Origin: Ascidiella aspersa
Taxonomy: Eukaryota
Assembly (NCBI GenBank): GCA_963924565.1
Contig: OZ004615.1
Location: forward strand, 15,438,001 to 15,502,000
Length of the DNA stretch: 64,000 nucleotides
Direction of reading: 5' to 3'
Shown: piece after piece, positions 35,901 through 50,900 of the stretch
How positions within the stretch are numbered: position 1 is the first letter of the stretch
How the letters are laid out: each line of letters begins with the position of its first letter
Program-made: the position numbers and the translations under genes
Notes under the pieces: model-generated
Databases searched by the model: none
What the model was told of the DNA's origin: nothing
The model's input: only the letters and a program-made list of their open reading frames with translations

Positions 35901-38900
35901 TAATAAAAAATAATAATATGCACCATTTTCATCCGCACGACGTTTGTTATTCGCATTACAATTGTTTTCATCCGCACAAGTGTGTACCATCCCACGGGTT
36001 GGAAAGCAATGGTTTAGATCATTCATACTTTCTTACATTAATTGATACAGGACGACGCTTTTCTGATTTAGCCAATACGTAACGAAATTTCGTACTAGGT
36101 TAAGAGTCAATTATGTTTTCCACGTAGTTCCAAATAACACAAACTTTTGTTATTATAAACTTTTGTTGACACAAGTTTTCATATATTTACCTGCATTTGT
36201 TGCAAATGAAGCTTCGAAGCAGCGTTCACCAACATTGCAAGGACCACCTGCGCTTCGAGAACCTTCTCTAAGGCCATCAGACCCGACGATGGCTTCAAAA
36301 CCATTGTGGCAATACCTGGGTTCTTCCAGCGTAGTATTCATGGGTACTGCAAAATTTAAAAACATGTAATATTATGTTATGCATCTTTAAGGATGCATCA
36401 TACTTTTCGACGAACTTAATAGGGTTTATAACGAAGATTTTGATATCAATTGTGTTGAGCGTGTTGTTCAAACATAGATGCAGGAGATGAATAAGCCGTC
36501 CAAAACTATACGCAGTTGTAAAACTTACCGATATTTTGAAACTGGTTGTTGCAGTAGTTGTCCTGGCAACATCGAAGCTTACAATTATCAAAGTTGAGCT
36601 CTACGTTGAACTGGGAACTGTCGAGCGTGCTTTGCAGAAGATCACAGGTCATAAAATTGCATATCGAGGCGGGAATGCAACTACCGACCCACGCATCACC
36701 TGAAGTACAAAATGCACCGGTATTTTAACGTGCTGTTAAATTTTAACGTGCTCACTCGCTAACTTCTTTCAATAATGTTAACAAGCTATTTTTTTAAACG
36801 ATGTAACACCTGTGTCAAAATTGGTGTCAAATGCACGCCGCAAATGACGGCAATGATCCGGCAACTAAAACAGTCAAGCGTAACCTTATAGACGAACTTT
36901 TTGGAATATTCCACTTAGAACATAGTCCGCGGGTTTATTTATTGCATAACGCTGGGCTCAGGTAACAAGCAAAGTTAGTTGGATTTTTTCGCAAAATTAA
37001 TTTTATTCGTTTAAAAATGTTTTTCCTTGAACAACCGACCTGCAGTGGTGGAAAATGAAGCCTCGAAGCATCGTTCGCCAGTGGAACAGGGTGGACTCCT
37101 ATTAAAACCTCCTTCTATGGCGTTTTGTCCAACTGTGACGATTGTACCATTGTAGCACCGCAGACCCGAACCCGAACTTGAAATCGAACCACCTCCGTCA
37201 ATGTAAGTCGCATTGGTCGGAATGGAATAATCTAAAACAGTGAGGCAACTTACTATGCTAAATGGGTTTCACAAATAAATGTCGTGCCGTTTGGTTAAAC
37301 ATTATTCCCAACAAACAAACTTGAAATGGTTTATTTTTTTAAAGTTCAGTATACTTTTCGGAAATGTGTTCATCAAAGGATAATAATGTTAACCTCTATA
37401 GACTTACTGTTTGCACTTTCGACCGACGACTGAGTTGATATCAACGTAGAATTTGAGGCTAAAGAATTTAACAACAATTTTGTTAAAAATGCAATGGTTG
37501 GTTAAGATCAATTGATAAGGATGGGTTCTGAAATTGTTTTGGAATGATTGAAATTCGTAAAATTTATTGAATGAATTAAGTATGGTTGTGACAAGCAGTC
37601 GGCAAAGTAAATGGTAAATCCTCGGTGAAATGTAGCTAAAATGTGTGTTCTAGCTATATTGCAAATTTTAAGATTTTGCATTTTCCTAATTTACAAATTT
37701 ACCGGCTTTCTGCACCTAGGCCAGTATTATAATGTTGGTTTTAAAAAACGACGCTAGACAAGTAGGCGCCCAATTAAACAGAAGGCAAACTTACCGAGTT
37801 TCTTATAGCGGTCGTTGCACATGTCCGTATCGCAGCAGCGCACCTTGCAGTCGGCGAAGTTAAAGGGCGCTTGGCTGTAGACTCTCGACAACATATCGCA
37901 TGTCATTATCGAACACGTGGACATTGGCATGCAGCTTGCAAACCAACCTGATCCAAGGAAAACGTATAGCAATGTTAATTAAAGTACAAAGCTTAGTAAA
38001 CCCAAATTCGGTTTGTTTAGATGTTATAATGAGATAAATATATTTCACTTATAAAAGCATAATCAGTATCTAAAATATAACACAATATAAGTCCTAATAA
38101 AAACTTTAACCAGCTGTTCTAGGCAAGTGGTACTCTACGCAAGCCGCAACTGCTGCAACTAAATTACGACGCAGTCAGTAAAATGACGTAACAACTGATA
38201 ACACAGCATTTTTTATCTGTGTTATCAGTTGAATTAGTTTAAAATTTGCCTAAATAAAAAAGTCATAAAAGGTTAAAAAATGCCTCACTATAACGTGTTT
38301 ACGTAATAGATAGAAATCTTAAGTAAAATCTCCAGGTTACCTGGATTGTTGTTAAGCGATACTTCAAAACACTGTTCACCCAGGTTGCAAACTGTGGTGC
38401 CTTGAGAAGCTACACTGAGGCTGTCGACTCCGGGAATCACTGGAATATTCATGTGACAGGATCTTGGCTTCTCCACCGTGGTTTCGTTAATCGGCGTCGA
38501 CAGTTCTAAGCAAGTAAACATTTCTGAATGGATTGTTTAACGCAGAATTTCAGAACGATTAGCCCAACTTTGGGCTTCCACATTTGTTATGGTCACCTAA
38601 AATTATACTTTATTCTATGTGACTTAATGAAAGTGGTTCATTTGTTTAACACAGTGGTTCCTAACCTTTTGTTGTCGCGACCCCTTTGCCATTTTGTAAA
38701 AACTTACGCGACCTCCATTTCGTTTTCCATTGATAGCAAACAAGAGTGAACGTGAATAAAAAACACGACTGGTTCACTAAAGCAAGACGGACACAGACTT
38801 TTACTCCTTACAATGCTATTTATTGTTTTTTTTTTGTTTCTTGTAAATTTTTTGTTCGACAAACAGTACACGGCGACACTCTGACAATCTGTTGCGACCC

Positions 38901-41900
38901 CCCTGTGGGTCGCTGCCTGGGCTGGGAACCACTGGTTTAACACTTGCATAAGCTTACAAAGTTTAAAGATCGCAAAGCGTTTATAATTGCAATAATTGTG
39001 AATAGTTGAGTGACAAAACATGTACTTCTTATACAGCCATACATAGCATTCTAAGATGTGAAATTCTGTTCGCTTTATTGTAGTGCCTTGGTATATCAAA
39101 ATGTGACCCACAATTCCATGTATAGCGATGCATATCAAGCAGGCTGCCCAAGCAAACATGTACCTTGCTTGAATCGCAATGCAAACCCGCGCTTCGTAAG
39201 AGTAGAGTCGGAGGTGAACCTAAGATAGAGCGAATCTCCAGTCGAAACAATCATTCCAGTTGATTTCACCTCCTTAATAAACGTTCCGTCGTCTGGACTT
39301 GCGCCGTCGTAAGCCTACAATACACAGAACCGCCGCTAAATTGAGTAATGTTACTTTTTCGAAACGACAAAAGTAAATCAGAGTGAAAGAGACTCTAACT
39401 GCGAAGGTATATATATAAATACAGCTGTAAAACAAAAACATATTTCCTGTGCCGCTTGTAATATCAGCATAGTGCGCTGTTATGAGCAAGTCGTTTTTAA
39501 AAAGAATTAAAGTTCAGGTTATCAACTTAAAATTTAAATTATCAAAATTGGTGATCTTTTTCGATCCTGTGTCACATTTCGATTAACACACAATAAAAAA
39601 TGCCACATTTTAAATAAAAAATTCAATAAAAATTTTTCCGTGTAAAAGTGGATGGAAAACTGAAATTACCAAAACAAATTTAAAATAACATGCAAATCTG
39701 ACTCTTGCCAATTGCCTAAGTCAAAGTCAAGTTATTATTTTTTACCCAAAAGAAGAGGTAAATTGACGTCATATAAAAAACAATTAAGTGCATTTAGTGC
39801 AGTCTTTGCCCTTTTTAGTTGTTACAAGACCGGCGTTATGTTACGTTACGCAAACAGATATTATACGCTTTTTAAAAGGTTTACATTGTGTTAGAAGTAG
39901 GAAGGTATCGGATCGGAACCTGTATCGGATTCAAAGTGGTCGGTACTTAAACTCTTCTGGTATCGGTGCAAGCCTGCTATAATTATTGTAGGAATTTTGG
40001 CCATTATTTGTTAACAAACGCAGCGGTTCTACCATGAAATATAAATTCATCAAAAATTGAAGGTTAATAACTGGAGGTAACGGAGCTTGTAACGTAAAAA
40101 GGCAACCTAACGCTAAGGCTGATTTTGGTCCAATAATTAATCTTACCTATGAAAATGTTTTAATTTATGTAGTTGTCTTGTTTGTGCACAGCAATGACGT
40201 CATTTAATATCGGAACGCATCGCGATATTTTTATCCAAAATATCAGGTATCGCTATAGGCTTTAAATGCTAAGTCTGACATCTCTATTTTCTTATAAGGG
40301 GTATGCAGAACTTTTCCATCGCGAAACGCGACCGAACGCCTACGTAACCAAGGAGGCACCAACCGTGAGTTTGTCGCAGCATAATTCGAGATCGAGGCTA
40401 TCGACCAAAATCTTGATGGTACCGATCGGGTAACGAGCCTTGATGAGCCAATCGCACTGAGCTTTGGTCGGGTAGTTCAAAGGATAGTTGGGACTGGTAA
40501 GATTCTGCCATTCGTCGATGGCAGTTGTTGTGAAGCCGCAACTATCCACCGGAACTTCGTATTCTATAGGCGACAATTATATTAGGTACACACGTTAAAC
40601 GCATTAGGTGTAAAATAACGTCCAAATGCATACTGTTAGGATGAAAATAGCTTAACATCTAAACAAAAGGTATCTTGTGCATATACACTACAGGCATTTT
40701 TGCAAATCTTTGTAGGCCAATTTTGTTATAATTATTTTACATTTTAATAGGCTGCAAATTAAACCTTGGTGTAGCTAATTATTTTTGCAAAGGTGTTTAT
40801 TAGTGATTACAGACTTGTAACAGAATTAACGTTAAATTATTTTTCGCGATGAAAAAACATGCACAAACCTGTGATAGCCTGCACGAATCCCGTGAAACCC
40901 TTTTTCTCAACACCCGAATCCGAAATGAAGTTTATAGTCAACTGCCCGTCGGTCGACCGATAAATCGTCTCCGTGTCATCCGACATAGTTTTTACGGTGG
41001 CGATCATTCGTTGGTCTACCCCGTCGTAAATCTAGATAACATGATACGGAGTTAAGTTGTTTTTTTTTCAATCAAACAATATCTCACATTTTGGTTTAGC
41101 ACTTTGTTACGTAAGTAAGTGTGAATAAATCTACTTTCGCATACTTTTTTCGAACTGCAAAACGTGGGAAATAAATTACAGTAAACAAACATGGATGATA
41201 GGCCGTAGTCCAGTAGTTCTTAACCCTTTTTCTTTCGTGGCCCATTTACGTTGCAAAAAAATTCTGTGGCCCAATATATTTTTATGAAAGAAGAAACTGT
41301 AAAATAGGTTTTGAACAAAACACAGCAGAACTAATTTCAAAACAGATTATTTATTCGACCGTGCATTAATGAGACACTTGCGGCTGAACAATAACTTTAC
41401 ATTCCTTTTTAATTCCTCCTCAAGCCATTATTGTTGTAGAATTAAATACAGTGACACAAATGAAACTCAATCTAGTTTTTTTAAAGTAGTCTGTGGCCCT
41501 CCGCAAATGTTCTTATGGCCAACCAGTGAGCCGTGGCCTATACAACTAGATGGCGTATACATTAGGTGAAACGTGATTTAACTTGAAAATTTACCTTGAG
41601 GTAATCGCAGCACAATTCCAGGTCGATGCTGGTGAGGTTGAAAATGACTTGTTGGGGGTAGGGAGCGATCAAAGTCCAGCTACAGTTACTATCGGAGGGA
41701 TAATTCGCGGGATACAATGGGGAGGACAGCACGACTGGATCACTTCCGATCTGATTATTGTAGCCGCAGGGAAGCGGTCCTGAACCTGGACGAAATATCA
41801 ACAAGCTAATGCAGCACAGCTTCCTACGAACGTTTTGTTGGTGTGCCAAGCGGTTCACCTAACATTCTTTTTAATTCCTTTAAAATGCTCGAGGTATGGA

Positions 41901-44900
41901 AATATCCAAAGTCACCCCTTTGGTTGTATAGCAAATTATAGTTTTCACTTTATACCATTATTTGTATTCATTTATAGCTATATTTTTGCATTTTTTGAGA
42001 CGGTTTGAGCCCTCGCAAGTATATTGTCAAATTCCTTTTCAAATGATTCATTTTAGATTATGCTAAACAGTTTAACAGGAAATATAAAATTCAATTCTGT
42101 ATGAAAATTTACCAGGTGTTTCAGGTTTTGGAGAGAGAGTTGTAGTTGTGGTGGTAGAACTACTCGGTGGTGGGATAGGTTCTGAAAAAAGTTGTGATAG
42201 TCAACAGACGAAGTACTTTTTGTTTAAACGTTTAATTTGATTGTCGCTGGTCGGTAATATATTGTAGGATTAGGTAAAAATATGATTTGCCTTTTCCAAA
42301 CGGTAATGAAGTTCTTGTATAACTTAACAACTATGGTCGTTTTTTACATATTTAAATCAAATGACTGCGGACTCTTAATTTTTTTTACTGGTCACCAAAG
42401 CTTTTTAGTACTCTTTAGAATGGATCCACGCAATTAAAAACAATTACCGAGATAAAAAGAGCCGTAGAAACCGCCATATTGTATTCCCAGGTCAGACTTA
42501 AATGTAAGTTCGACCATTATCTCTGGTATGTCGACTTGGGTTGGCCCAATGTCACCTTTAAGCCTTCGCAGTTCGTTGCCGTTGCTTGTAAACTAAAAAA
42601 CAAAAAATAAATATTGATAAAATATATTGGCGTGATATCGCTGCTATACGGTAAAAGTCAATCAAAAGCTAAACACAATTTTTTTTTCTATGTTAAATTG
42701 AACTATAAATGCCAATATTTCGAAGAATATTCGATTTTTTTAGTGCTCCATGCGTCACGGATCTTTTTAATTTAAGTTTAACAATAAAATAAATTTATTT
42801 GCACTATGTTTGATTGAACTTCATTGTTTTATGACGTAAATTAGTGACGTCATTATAAAGGTTTTCATGTCCCCCCCCCCCCCCCAAAAAAAAAACAAAT
42901 ATCCTGCAGTCGCCCTTGTTGTTTTAGTGACCTTTAATAGCTCTTAACGTATTTGGGCCAAGACAAAAAAACGTTTGTCGGTGATGTCAGTCTTAAACAA
43001 ACATAGGCAATTTTTTTAGAAACAAGGAAGACACGGCATCCCTGTTAAAACTTGGCCTTTTTTTATACTAAGTGTGCAGAAAAGTGCGGCAAACTAAATG
43101 ACAAACGAGCTAATAAAGAATGTGTGCTGCGAGTGTAAACGAAACATAGGTAACCATGTGTTTAAAAATCAAAAATACAACGCACGGCCAAGTAGTCGCA
43201 GCACCGTTCCGTGTTGAACCTCGTGAAATTGAATCTTAGATTGAAGCCGGGGCGTCCCAATATCGTCCAAGCGCACTGAAACATTGACGGGTAATTTCCT
43301 GGGTAACCCGGCGATGTGATGGGGCGGGGAATAACCTCAGCCTGCGCGGTTTCCCCGCAAGACAACGGCGCTGAGAAACAATCATTACATTTTTAAATAA
43401 ATGAGTAAGAACAGATATACCCATAAAAATGCCTCTGTTATACGGGGCTGTAAGGAAAAGAAACTATAACCAAAGGTGTTGAATCGGGTTAGGATTTACA
43501 TTATTTCCAAATTTTATATTTTAAAAAAAAGTTTAAACCAAACACTAAACAAATTTATTTTTACCTCTAGGTGATGATGCTGTAGTTGTAGCAGCTGAAA
43601 ACAAGCAAATCATTTTAACACATTCATTATAGCTTAAATACTAATAATTCCAATAGCAAATTTTTAGCGTAAGTTTTATTTGGTTAATATATCGCCTCTA
43701 ACGATAGCTATTTGGTGGGGTTAAGATTTAACATTTTCACAAAAATTTAGAAATGTTTTCAAAACACGTTTAAAACCGAAAGTAAAAAAATAAAATTACC
43801 TCGAGGTGATGATGCTGTAGTAGCTAAAAACAAGAAAATGAGGTAAGCACGCCTAATTTTGCCAATTATGTCGCATAAAAATATCAAGTTACTATAAGTT
43901 TTATTTCAGTAATTTAAAAAAAATACAATGTACGAGAAAGACTAGTTAATGTTATTGCAAGAAACCCCCATTGATAATGGGGTAACACAAGTACAAGTAC
44001 CACAGCGAACATGATGGGATTATTGGTGAATAATGAATCAAATCGGGTTTATGCCAATTGCCCTTTCAGAATAATAACTGGACGGCAAATAATATCCATA
44101 AATTAAAAAAGTTTGCCCTTATATTAACGGACCGCTTTTAAATAAATTACACATAAAGGCCTAGCCTCAAATCATCAAATAAACATTTAAGTAGTAAATA
44201 TCGTATAAGCGAGAGGTTGCATATACAAAAATAAAGCAAAATGACAACTTATTTAGAAAATCACGGCTGTTATATCTCTATAGTCTTAAACCCTTGGTGG
44301 CAATCAAGTTTGCTACAATAGTATAACTGTGATCTTATCAGGCTTACCTTGTGATTTGGAGATGGAAGGATCTCTTTCTGCAAAATTAAGTGTTTATTGA
44401 AATTGTGCATATAACGAAATTCTTATCACAAGCTCTGTATGTCCAATACTTAAAAATCGTGATATTTTAGGTAAACATGTAAAACACGCATCGCGCTCAT
44501 AAAAATGTATAAACATAATTAATTAATTATATAGTTTAGTTCAGTTAAAGTCTATATTAGGCAAACTTACCCAACTTAAAACTTCCAAAGAAACCTTTCT
44601 TCTGCAAACTTCCATCAGACTTAAAGTGCAATCGGATTTTAGTTAAGTTGGTTTGGAAAGTAGCTGGTGAGTGATCTCCCATAAAGCGCCTTACTTCTAT
44701 TCCGTTTTGGTTTGTGAACTGTAATATATATTATTTTGTTAAATAAAACTTTCAACGATTACAAAAAAACAATAGTAGTATTACTGAAACAAAACTGATG
44801 ACAGCAAAATGGCTTACGGATAAACGTAATTTACATCAATGAAATAAGTAGTTGAATAACAAAAAACGACCGTACCCTTAAATAATCACAGCACGCCTCT

Positions 44901-47900
44901 GTTTCAAATGTAGTAAAGTTGAAAACAATGGTGAAACCCTCTCTGCCCATTATTATCCACCGACAGTCCAAGGAGTTGGCGTATCTCTCCGGCCAATCGG
45001 GCGAGGAAAGTAATGTTGGCGTAAACGCGGCTTGTACAACGCTGTCACAAGCTGGCACTGATACATAGAAGAAAGGTAACTTAACATTGCCTTATTATTG
45101 ATAACATCGCCTTATTAAGTTTGTTTTACTATTAATTTTTAACTAAGAGTGCTTAAAGAGTGGACAATGTTATAACTCGACAAAAACGGTCCAGGGATGT
45201 CCGATACTTTGAATGTCAGTCCGCAATTCATATACTACGTTTTTTGGAAAATAGTCAAATAATATTTTTTGATGACGTCATGACTGAGGCAAATTCTAAA
45301 AAATAAACCATGAGAAATTAATCTTTTTAGGTCCGATAATATAACGACATTCCCAGTTCAGCCTAATACTTCATTTAATTAACCATTGTTGAATACCTGT
45401 TGGTCCTACAGTGGTCGTCCTTGGAGCATCAGCTGAAAAACACGCAAATGAAAAAGGTGTTACCTAGAGTCGGTTGGATGTATCCAAAGACAGCATATTA
45501 AACTGTACAAAGTAATTCTAAAAATTTGCCGTGACACGTTTTTAAAAACAAACTTCGTGGCAGCAAATGAAAGTCGCCAAAGCTAAGATTACTTTATTGA
45601 CAGTTGGACACCTTAAAGTTCTACCAACCTTTTGATTTCTATTTTTGATGTACACATAAGCAGCAATATTGCAAATGAAAAACATACTTTTATCGTGACA
45701 CTTTTAGATAGCAAAACAGTTTTAAAGCAAGAAAAAAATTTCACAACATAAATAATATAATATTATAAGATGTATGTCTTCAGCACAAATCTGTACTACT
45801 TACAAATTGAGTAAGCAATTCGAAATCCACTTCTTTCCTCTGAACCGTCACTGACAAAGTTAAGCCGAACGTTAGACGATAAAGAGATATAGACTTTGTT
45901 TGTCACGCTATTTCCAGAAATCGCTCTTTGTTGTAGCCCATTATCGTAGATCTATACCGTAAAAAAGAGAATGATGACAGAGCGGCGTTCAGTGGTTTGC
46001 TACAAAAGGTAATGAATTTATTTCACGGTAATAAAAAATCGGAAAAACAGTTCTACCCAGTGTTGTAATAACTGAAGTAGTACTTAGTCACTCTTAAGTG
46101 TACTATAGTCACTGTTTTTAAATTTAGTCACTGTTTTTTTTAATTTGTTTAGTTTTGACTTGGACTTAAGTCATTGAGTCAAATTACTTTGGATAAGTGA
46201 TTTATATTTTCATTTTACATTTCATGATAAAATTGATCTATTTATCTCAATTTTTGCACGTAAAATTATTGAGTGCAACATTTTAGTTGATTTATTGCTC
46301 ATATCGAACAAGTTTAAACAATTTTAATGTTTTCTAGTTTTATTTTTTATATCAGTGATTTGACTTAGAGTTGACTTTCTCCAAGTATGACTTTACTGGG
46401 ACGACTTGATTTGACAACTAACGACTTGGATTAGGACTTGACTTGTTTTTTAAAGACTTGTACTTAAGTTGATTCACAATAGACTTGACTGGGACTTAGG
46501 TCATTTCAAAATGACTCGTTTACAACACTGGTTTTAACACTAAAAAAAATGCCAAGGCTATTTTATTCGTTCTTCCACTCCTGAATCGCTTAATACCAAA
46601 ACTGTATTAAAATCTGTGAAACAGAGCAGTATTTGATGAACGAAGCTTACATTTAAAAAGTCGCAGCAAGATTCTGTGTCGAAGGCGAGGATTTCGATTC
46701 TAATAGAGAGAACGTCTGAGGGCGCTCTTATGTCATAAGTGCAATCGGATCTTGGGTTGTAAAAGTGAGGATAATTGGGCGATTGAAGGTACTTCACAAC
46801 ATTTGCAGCCAGCAAAACTTTATTGCAGTCGTCGCCTGTAAAACGCAAAGCAAGTTTAATTGTGTCCTTATATTAGTCAATCGTCATAAGGTACACACCT
46901 TGGTTCACAAGTATTTACGACAATTAAGCCTTAAAAATACGAACTTCAATCATGCATATTAAACTTTGACATAAGAAACATATATTTAAATTATTTTGTA
47001 TACTTGTCGTGGCACTTACTGGCAATTGGAGGCTCAGCGTTTGTAGTTACGTCGATATCTGCATCAGTTGAGAAAAAATGTTATGGGTAAGTCCAAAAAA
47101 ACAAGATCAGCAAATAACAACCAAAAATTATTTTAAACAATGTTTAAATAGATTAATACTATAAGTATAATACCATACAATTTATACTTTGTTTTGACCC
47201 TGAATGTTTTAGTTATTTTATTTCGCCTATTTACAGTGGAATATTGTGGCATATGGACGAAGATACACTATTTGCTACAATATGTTAAATTATATATATA
47301 TATATATATATGTTAAATTATATATATATATATATATGTTAAATAATTTCGCTTGCAAACAAAACAAGTAAATTGTACGCCGAATCCTTATTGGCACTGC
47401 TTACCAGCGGTGGTTGTGGGTTGTGGACTCATAGTGACATTGCCTTCTACGGCCTCGTTACTGACTGCAAAAAATGTATCTCCAATTAGTCGCTATAAAA
47501 GATAAACATGATAAGCCTATATCCCTGTAGAGTCGAACTTAATAATAAACCTGCTAAGCCTATACTTTTGGCTTAAAGTTTAAACATTGGATTTATTGGC
47601 GCTGCATTATAATCACCGCCTAACAACGGTCGTTGGAATTTGTGCACGACTATAGCAAACATTTTTTACATTTTCTTTTCAGCCTATGCCAACTTTCACC
47701 AAGTAGCTCAAAAACATATAATTTTTATATACATATAATAATTTGCTATATTTTATCTCCCTGTTGCGCACTTCTTGTTCGGAATCCAGTGATTAACCCT
47801 TTGGCTATTTTTGGCTGCAAAAAGAAACTTTTAGTGTCACGAACAATCCCTACAATATTGCTCAATCTTATTTAGTTTATCAACAATCCACTGAAATGGA

Positions 47901-50900
47901 TCAATACATTTAGGCGATGATTTGTCGAAAATCTAGTTTAGAAGTGTTTGTTTTGTTTTAAGGTATGATGATTCTACTAACGTTATGTTAAACAGTCAAG
48001 ACATAAAACGATTGGTACTATAGGCTGTGATATAGAGCACTGCTTAAGACTCTTGACAGCCACATCGACACATGGGCACAATACAATATGGTCGTACCTA
48101 AAGAAACATTATTTTGATGTAATATCTGATATTTTTGGATATCACATGGCGCCAGGATTAAACGGCAAAAACAAACATATTGTCATTTACTTCGTTTGAC
48201 ATTAAAATTATTGCTTAAGATGTCAGTTGGATAGGATAATACCTCGTATACATATACATATATAAATATTGGATCTTGCAAACAAAGTACAAAGTTCAAA
48301 CCAGAATAAAACTTCATAGATTTCTTACTTAGGACAAAATACGCTGCAAAGCCACGGCCAGTTATAAACGTGTCCGTGGTGAAAGTTATGGTAAGATGAC
48401 GATCCGTCGATATGAAAGTTAAATTGGAGGTTATTACGCCAGAGATTGTCGCCAAAAGCGGAAAGTTAGTACTGTGACCGTCGAATATCTGCAATAAAGA
48501 ATATAATATGAAAGTTTAAAGATAAATTTTAGGAATATTTTGCAAATTGACATTAAAGTTTTCCATTATATGACAAAAAAATTGGTTTGTTATCGTGCTG
48601 GAACACTAAACAGAAAAACAAGTTTACAAATGTGTTTATTACGTTCTTTTGCGACTGATGCTTCTAATATTACTAATTTTAGTGTTGTATGTCATTACTC
48701 GCCTTTCTTTGTTTAATTGAAGTATGTTAAACAATTTAATACACAAAAATCTGAACTTCAGAAGTGATATGCTTTTGTGTTCGATCTCGAATACTTTTGT
48801 TACAGATAATAATTCATAAACTGAAAGAATACCCAAGACGGCGGAAGTGTGAAAGGCCTTCATAGGTAAGGGCCCACAAAGTCTTATTTAAAATCTAAGC
48901 TCCGACGGGCAAATATAACAAGCTGACTGTAAAATCGCCATTAGGTCACTTTACTACTAGTTATCTTCAAAAAAACATCCCCCAAATAAGACTTACTCGC
49001 AGCCGGTCGCAACAACTTTCCGAAGAACCGCTGTAAACTGTTAATTGAACTTGGTAGCCTCGCATGGAGCGAACTGTCCAACTACATCTGCGGTTCGAAG
49101 GGTAATTTAATGGGTAGCCTGGAGTAGTTAGACGACGAAGGTTGAACGATGCGTCGCTATTAAAGCCACAATCTGAAAAGCATATATAAATATTAAGTAG
49201 GAATAATTGATACCATATATGCAGATGGCAGATAGTGAAGATTAGTAGTGAATGTATGATTGTATGTGCTTGTACATTCGGTTTTACAAAAGCATTTTCC
49301 GAAAAAAAAAATTATTATAACTTTAAAACAACATTATTGTATATTTTAAATGACATAAAATTAGTCTTACCTGCAACCGCCGGGGTTTCAGTAGTGCTAG
49401 TAACATTTTCTGTTAAAAAAATCAAAAATGTTATTGTAAGATCAAGTGCTTTGAGGCACATTGTTTTAAAAACTTTTAAGGCCTCCCAAACATAATTAGG
49501 GAAACATAAACAACGGTCAGTTGCATCGTCAAACGGAGAATCTGACCATTGCAAAAGCTGTCTTTGTAACAGCAAGCAGTTTTTTATTGTTTTAAATTTC
49601 TGATTTAAATTACTATTTTTTTTTAAATAACTTACGTGTCGTCGCTGAGTTTACAACTTCCATTGAGGGTACTAAAAAAGAGAATAATAATAAAAAGAAT
49701 AGCAAATGAAAGCCGTTGTATTTATTAAAATAATTTTTTAATCCATTTAATAATGCACGTTTAAAAGTTAATTATCTTTAGTAGTTATTTTCCTGTGTGT
49801 AGATTAAGGTACATTACGTGAAACTTTTTATATTTTAGGGTCTAGACTCTAGACTGTGACCGTATTTAACCTAACAACAGACACGCAATCACTTAAGTAG
49901 CACCGATCTTATTAAAATGAGACGGCACTAGTTTAGGACAGTAAACTCAATCTCTATGTCAGGCTAACAAAGCCGCATGAAACAAACGTTGCACCGAAGG
50001 CTTAACATATTAGTAGGCGAAAAAGACCAGTTTCATCATGTCATGCTCGGGTAATTATTATTTAACAAATTGGCAAACCGTGTTACCAGGGTTTTTTTAA
50101 GGTTTGGTTTGGGTGACAGCTAAGTAATTTTAAGAGACCACAAGTGTTTCATTTAAATACCAAAAAGTTGCAAGTCCAAAATTTGGGAAACCGCTGGAGA
50201 AATTTGGAAAATTTCCAAAAACACCTTAAAAAAACACTGCGTGTTACCCATATCGCCCCTGAATATAACATATAATGGTTGGAGCAACCTTATTTAAAGT
50301 AATACAGCGTCGTATTTTAAAAACGACATTGCGTCCAGATTTATAAATATCTTATCCTAAAATGGCAATAAACAAAACAGACTGTTTTCAAAGTTTTGTT
50401 TATGTGTATATCCCTATGCGTATTGCTTAAAAGCAGATATGGGATTCAACACCTCATTTAAAAGTAATATTTTGCTCACAAAGTCAAAAATTAGGCTTAG
50501 AATATAAAAAAGTTGAAAGTTGTCTTACTTAGGACGAAATACGCTGCAAACCCGGGGCCAGAGACAAATGTGTCCGTGGTGAAAGTTATTGTAAGATGAC
50601 GATCCGTCGAAATAAATGTTCGATTGGAGTTTATTTCGCCAGATAGGGTTGCCAAAAGCGGAAAGTTAGTACTGTGACCGTCGAAGATCTGCGAAGAAGA
50701 AATAACCAGAACGATTTAAATGTCTTGCAGAAATCGAATAAGAATTTTTTTAAATAAGAGCGTAAAGCTCTGGTATTTAAGGTGGGATGTAGTTTAACAA
50801 TAGTTTGAAACCATTTCCCTATATCAGACATTTTGCCGGTGTTAGGTTAATAAACTAGTTATCTTAAGGGAGAACTAAAATAAAACATCAAGGTTTAACA

